DNA of 64,000 nt, taken from NCBI RefSeq assembly GCF_030144855.1, contig NC_082736.1:6386001-6450000 (forward strand). Reading direction: 5' to 3'. Below, in pieces: positions 50,690 to 62,359 of the stretch (positions are counted from its first letter, which is position 1; the number at the start of each line of letters is the position of its first letter). The notes beneath the pieces are model-generated. The model did no database searches. It worked only from the letters and a program-made list of their open reading frames with translations, and had not been told where the DNA came from. Position numbers and translations under genes: made by a program. The stretch comes from Hypanus sabinus (Eukaryota).

Positions 50690-53600
50690 ACAACCTGTCC
50701 TTCTAACTCTGACTCCCCAGGTCTAAGCAACCATCTGATATTTATTTTTTTCTGTGCACTCTTTCTAGTTTAGGAACATCTTTGCTATAATAGGGTGATC
50801 AAAACGATAGTCAGTATCCCCAGTCAGTCCTCACCAAAGACTTGTATATCTACAACGTATCTTCTCAACTCTTATACTCTGTGCCATGAATGATGAAGGA
50901 CAGCAGGTCAAACAACACCAACTTCACCACTGTTATCTCCTTGAGGTGTCAGATCCGGTGAACTATGATTCACATGGATATTGTTTATATAAATTACGAA
51001 CAACAAAGGTCCCGGTGTGCAGTGCAACACCACTTGACAGAGACCTCCAGTCTGAGGTATAACCATCAACCCACCAGCCTCTGCCTCCTGATACTGAGGC
51101 AATTATGAAACCAATCAATTATCTCCCTTGGATTCCATCTCTCAGAACTAACCTCCCAGACCAGAGTCAAAGGTCTGGCTAATGTCCAGATAGACAACAC
51201 TCACAACCCTAACCTCATCTACGCACTTGTGAAATTCCTGAAAGAGTTGCAAGATATTTGTGAGACATGATTTCCCTTGCACAAAACTGTGCTGACTGTC
51301 TTGAATCAGACCAAATGTTGGTAGATCCTGTTCCTCAGAAATCACTCCAGTATATTCCCCAACACTGATATCCTGCCTGTAGTTTCCTGACTAGTTTCCA
51401 CTACCCTTTTTAAACAATGGCACAGCATTAAACCAAAAGACCTAAAGTCATTGGAGCAGGATTAGGTCTTTTGGCTCATCCAGTCTGTTCCATCATTCCA
51501 TCATGCCTGATTTATTATCCATCCCAACCCCATTCTCCGAACTTCTCCCCGTAAACTTTGATGCCATTAATAATAATTAAATCCCACTAACATCTGCTTT
51601 AAATAGACCTACTGACTGCCTTCATGGCCACCTGTGCCAAAATAAACCCATCGATAAAGAAATTACTCATCTCTATTCTAGAGGGGCATCTTTGTATTGA
51701 GGGTGTGGTCTGGTTCTAGACTCTTCCATTATTGGAAACATCCTCTCATATCAACACTACCTAGGCCTTTCAACATTCAATGTGTTTCTATACGATGCTC
51801 CCTCATTCTTCTAGACCCCAGTGAGTACCTGCCCAGATCATCAAATGATGGTTATATCCTAACTCTTTCAGACTTGGGATCATTCTCGTGAATTTCCCCT
51901 GCAGCTTCTGCAATGCCAGCACAGCCTTTCTTAGAAAATTGACCCAAACCTGCTCATGATACTTCAAATAAGGTCTGACTAAAGCTGCAGCATTAGATGC
52001 TTGCGTTTATATTCTAGTTCTCTTGGAATGAATACATATATTGCATTTGCCTTCCTTACTACCATCTAAACGTGCACATTAACCTTTAGGGAATCCTGCA
52101 CTAGTACCCCCAAAGTCCCTTTACACATCTGATTTCTGTTCTCTCCCTGATTAGATGGAGTCTATGCCTTTATTCCTCCACCCAGAGGACACGGCCACAC
52201 ACTTCCATACACTGTATATTGTCTGGCACTTACTTGTCCATTCTATAAATCTGTCCAAGTGCTACTGCAGACTCCCTGCTTCCATAACACTGCCTGCCGC
52301 TCATTCTATTTTTGATTTATCCACAGACTTGGCCTCAAAACTGTCAATTCCACATTAATCACTCTCCAATCACGTGTCACCTCAAATGGTGCTTGTGATG
52401 AAGCAACAATTTCTCCCGTGGCCTCCACAGTGTATTCTCTAACTTCTCACAAAATATAAGAATGTACCTGATATGACCCTGGAGATTCAACAGCCTTAAT
52501 GCATCTTAAGGTTTCCAATATAGATCCCTGCTAATTTGAATGTGGTGTAAGAAATCACAGCTGATTCCTGCTATTTTGGTAGCTCCATCACTTTCCATAA
52601 TTTTCTCAATGGTGAAATAAACGTCAAAAACATTCCTGGAAAGCCTCTCCCATTTCCTTCACTTCCACACACAGATGGCCATCCTCATCTCCAAGCGGAA
52701 CAATTCTGTCCAAATTCCCTTTTCCTCTGATTGTACGGAGAGAATCTCAGGGGATTTTACTCGCTTTTCCTTCCAATTCTTGATATATCGTCCTTTTACA
52801 CGCCTAATTTTTATGAGAGATCGTATGTCTAATAATATTCTGGAACAATTACCTGAGCAGTGATCCAAGCCTCATCAGTCAGTAATTTCCTGGTTTGACT
52901 CTATTGCCTGAGGAACAACATGCCCTGGAATATCAGCATTCCCTTCTCTGATCTCACTATCCTCTATGACCACATTGATGAATAGTGATGTGAAGTACTG
53001 GTTCAGTCCTTCGCCCACTTCAGACATAAACTCTCTCCTTTGTCCTTTTGTTGTTGTACTCTCACCATAGTGCCCCTTCTCCCCACAGTCATTTCTTGTC
53101 CCCGTTTCAAACTTTTATCTTCTCTGTTGCTTGCTTCATATTGCCAGAGGCCATCTCCAATTTATACACCTGAAACATTCTTTATCTTTTTCTTTCAGAC
53201 TGAATTCATAACATCTCTTACCACGCCCTTCTGCCGAACTTTACCATCCTTGTCTTTCCTCCACACATCGAAACAGTCTGAATTCTGACCTGATTGCCTT
53301 TAACAAACAGTCACATGTCAAACACAAAATACTCTGCAGATGCTGAGGTCAAAGCAATGCGCACAACACAGGGTGTTGGCCGGAAACATTGACTGTCCGT
53401 TTCCACGTATGCTGCCCCCCCCCCCCCCCCGCCCCCCCCCCTGCTGAGTTCCTCCAGCGTGTTGTGAGAGTCACATGTCAAATATGGTTGGACAAATCAC
53501 ATTCCGCTCTCTTCAGTTCCTGTCCAACACAGTTGCCTTTCGCTATAATCCCGATTGACCACATAACCACTGTGTCCAGTCTTGTGCTTATTTACTTTTC

Positions 53601-55860
53601 CCTGAATGAAACTTTTCTCAATGGCCAGGCTCATTTCCCAAAACAATGTCTTCTATGACCACCTTCCCTGGTTAGACTATCCACTTCTATGTTAAAAAAC
53701 ATCCCAGTATTCTTCTAACATATGCAGTGATATCTAAGCCCTTGAGTCTAAGGGAGTCCCAGTCAACACTGGGGAAACTAGTCGCCCTCTGCAACAAACC
53801 TGTTGCCTTTGCATCTTTCATTCCCTGCTACATTTCAGTTTCTTTACCTGCTGCTGGCATTTGGGAGGCCTGTAGCACAACTCCATCAGTGAATGCACCT
53901 CTCTTATCCTGAGCTCTATTCACACTGTCTCACTGGATGAAGCCTCCAGTGTGTTCTCCCTTAGTCCCTCACCCACAATTCTATGTAAAGGCTGATCTGC
54001 CATCAGACTCCTCCTGTATGTCGATCCCACTTCACTGATTTTATAAACAGTTATCCTCCTTCTCTTTAAATCTTTTTGGTCATCCAGCATCTCCATTCCT
54101 CTCAATTAGGGGATTCTAGCATTTGTTACAGAGTGCTTTGTTGGTGGTAGAGTGGGCAGTGAAGATTCTTTGAGAGTACAACGGGATTGAGATGACCTGG
54201 GGAAGTCGGCCAAAGACTGACAGATGAATGTTGATGTGGACAAGGATGAGCTCCTGCATTTTGAGAAGTCCAACCAGGGAAGGAGCTGCACAGAAAATTC
54301 TTGTTCCTTGGAGAGTATTGCAGAGACAGTGTCCATGGAATACAGGAACAACATTCACTGAAAGTGACAACACAGGTAGTCAGGATGGTGAAGATGATGT
54401 TTGGCCTATTTATCTTCATTGTTACAGGATTTGGGATGTCATCATCAAAGTGAGATTGCACTGTATTGTGCACAGTTCTAGTCACCCAGCTACAGGAAGG
54501 ATGTCATGAAGCTGGAAAGTGTGGAGGGAGGTTTGATGAGGGTGTTACTGACACTGGAGGATTTGAATTATTAGCAGAAGTTTGGACAGACTGGGACACT
54601 CTTTCTCACCAGAGAGATTAAGGAACTGTCTGGTGACCATTCAAAGGTTTACAAAATCAGTAGGCAATCACTCTTTTTGTCAGGGTAGGGAAGCATACAT
54701 TTACAAGACAATTGTTTAAGGTGAAGGGGAAACATTTAAAGGCTACTTGACAGGTGGGGGGGATGTTGCATGTTTGATTAAGGAGACCAACACAACAGTA
54801 ATTAGTGAGGGATATGATGAGGTCTTGTAAGTAGAGGTTTTAAATAGAATGATGAATGGTGATTTTGATGGGATTACACTGCTGGCCTCCCAATAGGCTC
54901 AGGTATTGTGGAGCAGACATGTTGGTAAATCACACAGAGGTGTAATGGGAACTGGCTTACAGCAGTCGGGCATTTTGACTACACCAGCATTAACCAGATT
55001 ACCTTTGTATGAAAAGCTTGAGTTTCCAGGAGTAATTTGGCAGATGCAGGATCAGTTCATCCCTCAGCAGAAACAATATTTGAAAGGGAGAATGAGGCAA
55101 CCATCACCAACAACGGAAGACAAGAGCAGAGAATATCACAAAAGTTAGTGGGAAGCTAAAGGATTAGTGGACTTAAAAAGAACAGAAGGTAACTAAATAG
55201 CAATATGGAGAGAACAGATGAATTATTAATGTGACTGACCAATAGTATAAAGGGGAATAAGGATTTCTTTCAGATATTTAAAGATTAAAAGAGGCGAGAA
55301 TGGATCAGGTTTCCCATTCTCACCTTCAGAATCACATCCCTCCCTGAGCCTCTTTTACACTGTTTAGTTTATTCTGTATTTCTTATTTAACCCGGCAATC
55401 TTGAACATTTAGTGAAGAGGGCCACAGCGTGGCAAATGCATTTCAATACAGATAAATGTGAGACAGTGCACACTGCAAAGTCAAACCAGTGCAGAACTTA
55501 CACTGTGAATGGTCAGTCATTAGGGAGTGTAATGGGCCGGAGAGATTTAGGGGTAAATCTCTCACATACAGTTCATTGAAAGTGGTGTCACTGGCAGACA
55601 GGGTGGTGAAGAACGGGGTTTAACATGCTGATCTTCATTAGTCAGGGGACTGAGTATATCAGTTGGGACATTGTGTTACAGTTGTGTAAGTGACTGGAGG
55701 CCACACTTGTATTGTGTACAGCTCTTGTCACCGTTATAGGAAAGGTGGTTAAACTGGGGAGAGAGTAGAAAAAATTTCCAAGGATGTTTCCCGGACCTGA
55801 GGTTCTCAGTTACACAGAGAGTTTGGTCAGACAATGTCCGTTGTCCTTTTTTCCTTGGAA
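50690..55860. mobile_element. Mosaic of old CR1 fragments with a PLE foldback at about 53320-53470
   Basis: DSQHSFVQGKSCLTN..F, endonuclease-like and 3'-ORF2 remnants on both strands. Confidence 0.7.
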
Positions 55861-55997
55861 TCAGAATCATTTATCACCGTGTTATATGACAAGGAATCTG
55901 TCATTTTATGTTGACGGCAGAACAATGCGATGAAGTTGCAGATGTGAACATTGTGTCAGCATAACGCCAAGAGATTCTGGGAATCGCGAACAACGCG

Positions 55998-56142
55998 GAC
56001 AAAATGCTGGAGGAACCCAGCAAGTCCGGTAGCATCTCCCACCAGAGTCCTGAGGAAGGGTCTCAGCCCGAAATGTCGGCTGTTTATTCCCACCATTGAT
56101 GCTGCCTGAGTTGCTGATTTCCGTCAGCAGTGAGTGTGTATT
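55998..56142. mobile_element. PLE foldback module with near-intact hammerhead motif
   Basis: agtc-CTGAGGA-AGGGTCTCAGCCC-GAAA-TGTC-ggct at 56046-56081, preceded by an inverted partial copy. Confidence 0.75.
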
Positions 56143-56191
56143 GTGTCAGAGAGAGTGAGTTAAAGGAGCGGGCGGCTTAGACCAGTGTCAC

Positions 56192-56620
56192 TGTGTTTGT
56201 GAGTCCGAACACATCGTAGGATTTCTCAGCAGCTCCTGTAGAAAATGAAAAGATTTTTCTGTTACGGAAACGCCCCACTCCCCAGATCATTCCCGAAGAG
56301 GGAATTAACCGCAAAGTTTTAATTCGATTAAATATTTCAGCCATAAAACAGAGAACAGGTCAACGATAGGGAGAGAGAACGCGGGCAATGCAGTAATGAA
56401 ACGGGTTAAAATAGAAAGCGCTGCCTTTAATCCCGATTAAACTTTCTTTCCAGCGAACATTCCGGCCTCAGGGACGGACAGGTACTAGTCCGAGTCTCCG
56501 CAGCGTCCGATTTGAATTGGAATCGGCGAGTTTTTGAGGAGAGAGAAACACAGAAAAATGAAGCTGCCGGGAGCTGCCAGCAGGATGTCTCCGCCCCGTC
56601 CGCTCGCTGCCTTTAAATGG
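56192..56620 (+). promoter_or_regulatory. H1 promoter: TG box, H1/AC box, GC box, TATA-like
   Basis: TGTGTTT 56192-56198; AAACACA 56546-56552; CCGCCCC 56591-56597; TTTAAAT 56612-56618. Confidence 0.8.
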
Positions 56621-56693
56621 CTCTGTGCCGCCGCCTTTCGCTTCATTTCTCATTCAGTTCTGATTGTGAGAAGGATTTACCAGAGTCGCCGAC

Positions 56694-57341
56694 ATGACTG
56701 AGACAGCACCCGCCGAAACGGCTCCTCCAGCCGCACCCGCCGCCGCAAAGAAAACTCCCAAGAAGAAGGCGGCTGCCCGGAGCAAACCAACCGGTCCCTC
56801 GCTGGGCGAACAGATCGATAAGATCGTGGCGGGTTGTCACGATAGGAAGGGTATGTCCGGTGCGGCCATCATGAAGGCTCTGGCCGACAGCGGTGTCGAT
56901 GTGGCGAAACGTCGCCACCAGGTCAAAATGAGCATCAAGAGGAAAGTGGAAAGCGGCTCCTTGGTTCAGGCCAAGGGCTCGGGTATTTCGGGATCCTTTA
57001 AATCCGGTAAAGGGAAAACTGCCGTGAAGGTGGTGAAGAAAGCGAACAAGCCAGCGGCAAAGAAATCTCCCGGCAAGAAGCTTGGCGCCAAGAAACCAGT
57101 GGCTAAAAAAGCAGGAGCAAAGAAACCAGCGGCTAAAAAAGCGGCAGCAAAGAAACCCGCGGCTAAGAAAGCGGCAGTAAAGAAACCAGCGGCTAAGAAA
57201 GCGGCAGCAAAGAAACCCGCGGCTAAGAAAGCGGCGCCGAAGCCCAAGAGCCCCAAGAAAGCCGCAGCCTCGAAGACGAAGGCGGCCAAGAAGCCGAAGT
57301 CGAAATCCGCGAAACCCAAGAAGACAGCAGTCAAAAAGTGA
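56694..57341 (+). CDS. H1: Histone H1, replication-dependent (215 aa), divergent globular domain
   Basis: MTETAPAETAPPAAP N-terminus, winged-helix domain ending GSLVQAKGSGISGSFK, K/A/P-rich tail, stem-loop downstream. Confidence 0.97.
   Translation: MTETAPAETAPPAAPAAAKKTPKKKAAARSKPTGPSLGEQIDKIVAGCHDRKGMSGAAIMKALADSGVDVAKRRHQVKMSIKRKVESGSLVQAKGSGISGSFKSGKGKTAVKVVKKANKPAAKKSPGKKLGAKKPVAKKAGAKKPAAKKAAAKKPAAKKAAVKKPAAKKAAAKKPAAKKAAPKPKSPKKAAASKTKAAKKPKSKSAKPKKTAVKK
57087..57236 (+). repeat. Coding minisatellite 5 x 30 bp (AKKPAAKKAA) in the H1 tail
   Basis: Unit gcaaagaaacc(a/c)gcggctaa(a/g)aaagcggca, five copies. Confidence 0.92.
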
Positions 57342-57378
57342 ATTGAGAATACACCATTTGTGTGTATCTGAACCCAAC

Positions 57379-57394
57379 GGCTCTTCTCAGAGCC
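57379..57394 (+). other. Histone mRNA 3' stem-loop (H1)
   Basis: GGCTCTTCTCAGAGCC + ACCCA + AAAAGAGCTG HDE at 57408-57417. Confidence 0.97.
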
Positions 57395-58179
57395 ACCCAC
57401 ATCTCAGAAAAGAGCTGATTCGGAGTGTTGTGATTCCCGCGCCGGGTCCGATTGAGAACTTCTCAATGGAACCCGAGATTGCCGGTACCTCTGACATTTG
57501 GTGCGGTGTCTGAAATGAGACACGGATGCCCGAGCTGAGATTGAGAGATAAGGGATGTGGGCAGTTTCAGGACCAATTCCTTCTCCGATCTGGGCGAGAT
57601 TGACCGACATTGACGCCAGCGGAGATTCAGCTGAGTTGATTGGGAACTGCTGAAACCTACGCGAGAGGGGAGGGGGCGTGTTGAGAGAGGGATCCGTCTC
57701 TGGGACGGACTGCAGCGGGAGGCTATATGATAAACTACCCGGTGGCATTGCCGACTGACCTTCATGCAGGCCCCAGCTACAAAACTACATTGTTAATTTA
57801 CACAAAACACCAATATCAAAAATGTACAAGAGCGGAATCTAATCTTAAAAGTCACTATTTCCTGGCGGTCACCGCCCCCTGAATTCCCCCACTGTTAGCC
57901 CTCGCGTCGGCATGCTTCACTCCAAGCACAGCGGGCACGAACGTATCCCCATGTCCAAAGCAAACAAAACGGTAACAGCCGTACCAGCTGTACACGACAG
58001 GTTTGTGAGAGAAGTGAAGGGCCAGATGAGACCCTGACAGGAAGTGAGCGCGTTCAGCTCCTGTCCCTCGCTAAACTACCCTGGTAGCACGGGACAATTA
58101 GTGCAAAATCGATCGGCAGGACAGGTCGCTACTACAATAATGATGAGCAAGCTACAGCCCTTTCCTTTGCCGTGGTAGT

Positions 58180-58195
58180 GGCTCTTAAAAGAGCC
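58180..58195 (-). other. Histone mRNA 3' stem-loop (H3)
   Basis: GGCTCTTTTAAGAGCC + ACTAC + AAAGGGCTG HDE. Confidence 0.96.
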
Positions 58196-58224
58196 TTTTG
58201 TGGTGTTCGGAGTGTAGGCTGGGC

Positions 58225-58641
<417 letters not shown>

Positions 58642-59271
58642 TCACGAGTGAGGACACAGGCTGAAATACAGGAACAAGATAGACGAAACGGGCTCCAGCA
58701 CAGGCTTTTATACCGCTGGAAAGGGCCGTCCCACCGCTTATGACTGGCTGTGCACCAACTGTCTGTTAAAGGATCTCCTTGCTGCGATTGGTTTATTGAT
58801 TTCATGCAGGCTGGCGGCGAATAAAAATTTACGACAAAATGGGAAACTGTTAATTGGCGGTCGGATTTCATCCAATCGGAATGCGATGTGATTGGCGCCC
58901 GATTATTTTCGAACCGCCCGCCAATTTCAGAGCACCCAGACTGATAACTTATTATTTACAATTAATTCTATCACGGATCATGTACTTTCAGTTTCATTTA
59001 ATATCTAATTCCCTCAGTTAAGATTTGAATGCATGATTACGAAATCGACTCTCAAAACGAGTGAACTGATTTCAGTCCGAGATGGACAGAATGATTAAGA
59101 TCGATATAAATGCATCCAGCATTCACGGTAATCACCGCCTGGAAAGGCACAATCGCAGCAATATATATTTCAAGCGGAATGATTAATCTGTTTCAAAAGT
59201 AGCTCAGCCAAATATATCGATAAAAATAATTAAAAGGTTGTGGACACGGCTCCCTCTGTGAGGCGGTGGGT

Positions 59272-59287
59272 GGCTCTTAGAAGAGCC
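59272..59287 (-). other. Histone mRNA 3' stem-loop (H4)
   Basis: GGCTCTTCTAAGAGCC + ACCCA + AGAGGGAGCCG HDE. Confidence 0.96.
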
Positions 59288-59320
59288 TTTGTGTTGTTCT
59301 CGGGAGGAAGTGGGAGTTTT

Positions 59321-59641
<321 letters not shown>

Positions 59642-59856
59642 TCACTCAGGTCGCTGCTCAGTGACAAACCGACTGCTGCTGTCTCCTTTTATACACAGCG
59701 CCCCGACCTGCCCGAGAAACGCGCAGAGAGACAGAGGCGGGGAGGGGAGGAGACAGAGTCAGAGTGACGGACAGAGCCGATAGCGGCCTCTCATCGCCCA
59801 GCTCCGCCTTCACTTTACCACACCCGCTAATTTCCAACAGAAAGCGCTCTTTCTCG

Positions 59857-60033
59857 ATCTGTGTCCTCTGGTCCTAGACTCCCCCACTATAGGAAACATC
59901 CTCTCCACATGCACTCTGTCCTCTGGTCCTAGACTCCCCCACTATAGGAAACATCCTCTCCACATCCACTCTATCTGTGTCCTCTGATCCTAGACTCCCC
60001 CACTATAGGACACATCCCCTCCACATCCACTCT
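59857..60033 (-). repeat. CR1-derived minisatellite, 3 x about 55-61 bp
   Basis: gtcctctggtcctagactcccccactataggaaacatcctctccacat(g/c)cactct x3; the reverse strand encodes CR1 ORF2 RVDVERMFPIVGESRTRGH. Confidence 0.88.
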
Positions 60034-60372
60034 AGACAGACAGACATACTTTATTGATCCCGGGGGAAATTGGGTTTCGTTACAGTCGCAACAACCAAAA
60101 ATCGTGTAGAAATATAGCAATATAAACCCATAAATAACTCAATAATAATAAGTAAATTATGCCAAGTGGAAATAAGTCCAGGATCAGCCTATTTGCTCAG
60201 GTTGTCTGACACTCCGAGCGACGAGTTGTAAAGTTTGATGGCCATAGGCAGGAATGACTTCCTATGACACTCAATGTTGCATCTCAGTGGAATGAGTCTC
60301 TGGCTGAATGTACTCCTGTGCCTAACCAGTACGTTTTGGAGTGGATGGGAGTCATTGTCCAAGGTGGTATGA
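60034..60372 (-). mobile_element. Rex1/Babar-like LINE 3' end
   Basis: LDNDSHPL...RSTFSQRLIPLRC..ECHRKSFLPMAIKLYN; AATAAA plus (TCTG)n tail. Confidence 0.85.
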
Positions 60373-60599
60373 AACACGTACAAACTGGAAGATTTCTGGA
60401 AATTTGCTGATTCTCCTGTTTTAAATTATAGGAGTGCTTTTCCATTCCGCAAATCCCCGAGGACCTCAGTCTGTCCCTCCCCGGCCCCAGGACCAATGCG
60501 AGCGTCCTCACACACAGCAGTTGGTGGGCGAGGGTGCAGTCGAGAGGGTTAATTCATCAGAACAATTGTTCCCCTGGGTCGCGAGGGAAATGAAAGTCC

Positions 60600-62359
60600 G
60601 GTCACATAAAGGAACAGGATACATAGGCAGATATAAGGATATACAGACCTCGCTTTGGTGCCTTCTAAAGACCAGGTAAAGTGGTGGCTGAGGAGCTGGT
60701 GTGAGGTGGGTGACGGCTTTAGGTATGAGGATCATTGAGGTCCCGAGGGAAAGGTGAGACGGGTCCAAGGAGGGGAGCCAATATGTTTACGGGAGCTTTC
60801 TTCATGCTACACGGAAGGGTTAAACGAGCAGGTATCAGGTCCTACACAGTGATTTTCAGGAAATAGGTTAAAAAGCAGGACTTCCAGGATTGTAATTATC
60901 GAATTGTGGCCCAAACCTTGTGCTGGTGTGGTGAGGAAACAATTGCTGCTGAGGAACTGATGCAGGAGGGAGATCTTCAGATTCATGGATCAATGGGCTC
61001 CCTTCCAGTCAGGTGGGAGACCGGGACAAACAAGGCCATTTCCATCTGGACCGGAGGGGAACCAATATCCTCACCAGGAGGTTTGATGGTGTCACTTGGC
61101 GGAGTTGGAACTGGAGTAGCAAGTGGGAGAATGTATGTATGACAAGACAGTCTGAAAAGAACGAGAGCCAATGTCAGGCCAATAAACATGGTGGGATTGA
61201 TGGGCTGAAATAAGTTTATTTCAACATTAGGAGTATTATGTTGTCGGACGTTCAGGGCTGGCAGCTCAACATCTCTAGGTTTCATTGTTTTACATGTGAG
61301 TGGGGGGAAGGGGGGTTATAAGATGCAGAGGCTACCCCACTGGGTATGTCACAGCAAACTGGAGGGCTCACTTACAGAGGCAATCTACAGTCACACGGAC
61401 TGGATTATAGTATTGGCCCCCAATAACCACCGGGAGGTGGAGGAACACAGAGGTTTATGTTTAGGGAGAGGTGCAGAACAGAACTGTCATAGTGGGGGAC
61501 TTTATCTTCCCTCGCATTGACTGGATCTTGCTCAATGCTGAGATGCTCAAGATTTCTTCAGCGATTCCGAGGAGTGTTTGAAACATTATGTACAGAGCCC
61601 CACCAGAGGCGAGAACAGACGGGAATTAGTTTAGGGAAACGAGCCAGGCCAGCTGACGATCACAATTTATTTTGTTCGTTAGTTATGAGTAAGACAGAAG
61701 CCAAGGGGCATTGATTGGGAGCAGCCACTGTCAGACAAGTCGACATCTGACATGTGGGAGTTGTTTAAAGACCCGCAGCTCAGAGTTCAGGAGCAGCATG
61801 TTCCTGTAAGGAGTAAGGACAAGGACGGTAAGGTAAGGGAACTTTGGATGAATGGAGAGATCCTGAATTTAGTCAGAAGGATATGGAAGGTTTATGAAGC
61901 TAAAATCAGACTGGGTATCTTTGGAATATAAAGATAGCGGGGAAATGCGAAAGCTGGTGATAGGAAAGGCCAAATGGGGCCTCAAACCGTCCTCGTGGAG
62001 TGGGATCAAAGATAATCCCAAGGCCTCTTGATTTATATTAGTTAAACAGGGATAACCAGAGACTGGAAAGGTCCACTCAAGATTAAAGGAGGAATGATGT
62101 GGTTGAAGTCAGACCAAGTGGCTGAGGTACTAAATGAGTCCGTTGTGTCAATATTTACCGAGGAGAAGGAATTGAATGTCAATGAAAACAGAGCGAGACA
62201 TGCTAATGTGCAGAGAAATGTTGAGATTAAGGAGGAGGCTGTGCTGGGATATCTGAAAAGCAATAAGATGGATGAGACTCCAAGAACTGAAGGCATATAT
62301 CCTACAATAGTGAAAGAAGCAAGTGAGCAGATTGCTGGGGATTTGACAAGGATCTATGT
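60600..62359 (+). mobile_element. Old CR1 fragment (ORF1 esterase, endonuclease, pre-RT region)
   Basis: LHL...GTNIL, VIVGDF.FP.IDW, IKDNPKA, AEVLNE..VSIFT.E, P..EGIYP..VKEA.EQIA..L. Confidence 0.75.

Noticed and set aside
56643-57400. 244-aa and 144-aa antisense ORFs over H1
   Set aside because: Shadow frames of a GC-rich repetitive coding sequence; no independent signals.
57730-58092. Repeated aaactaccc(t)ggt(g/a)gca motif between H1 and H3 as ZNF143/Staf-like sites or an snRNA gene
   Set aside because: Only partial motif match, two copies, and no recognisable snRNA body.
59857-60033. CRISPR-like array
   Set aside because: No unique spacers; units are CR1-derived; eukaryotic context.
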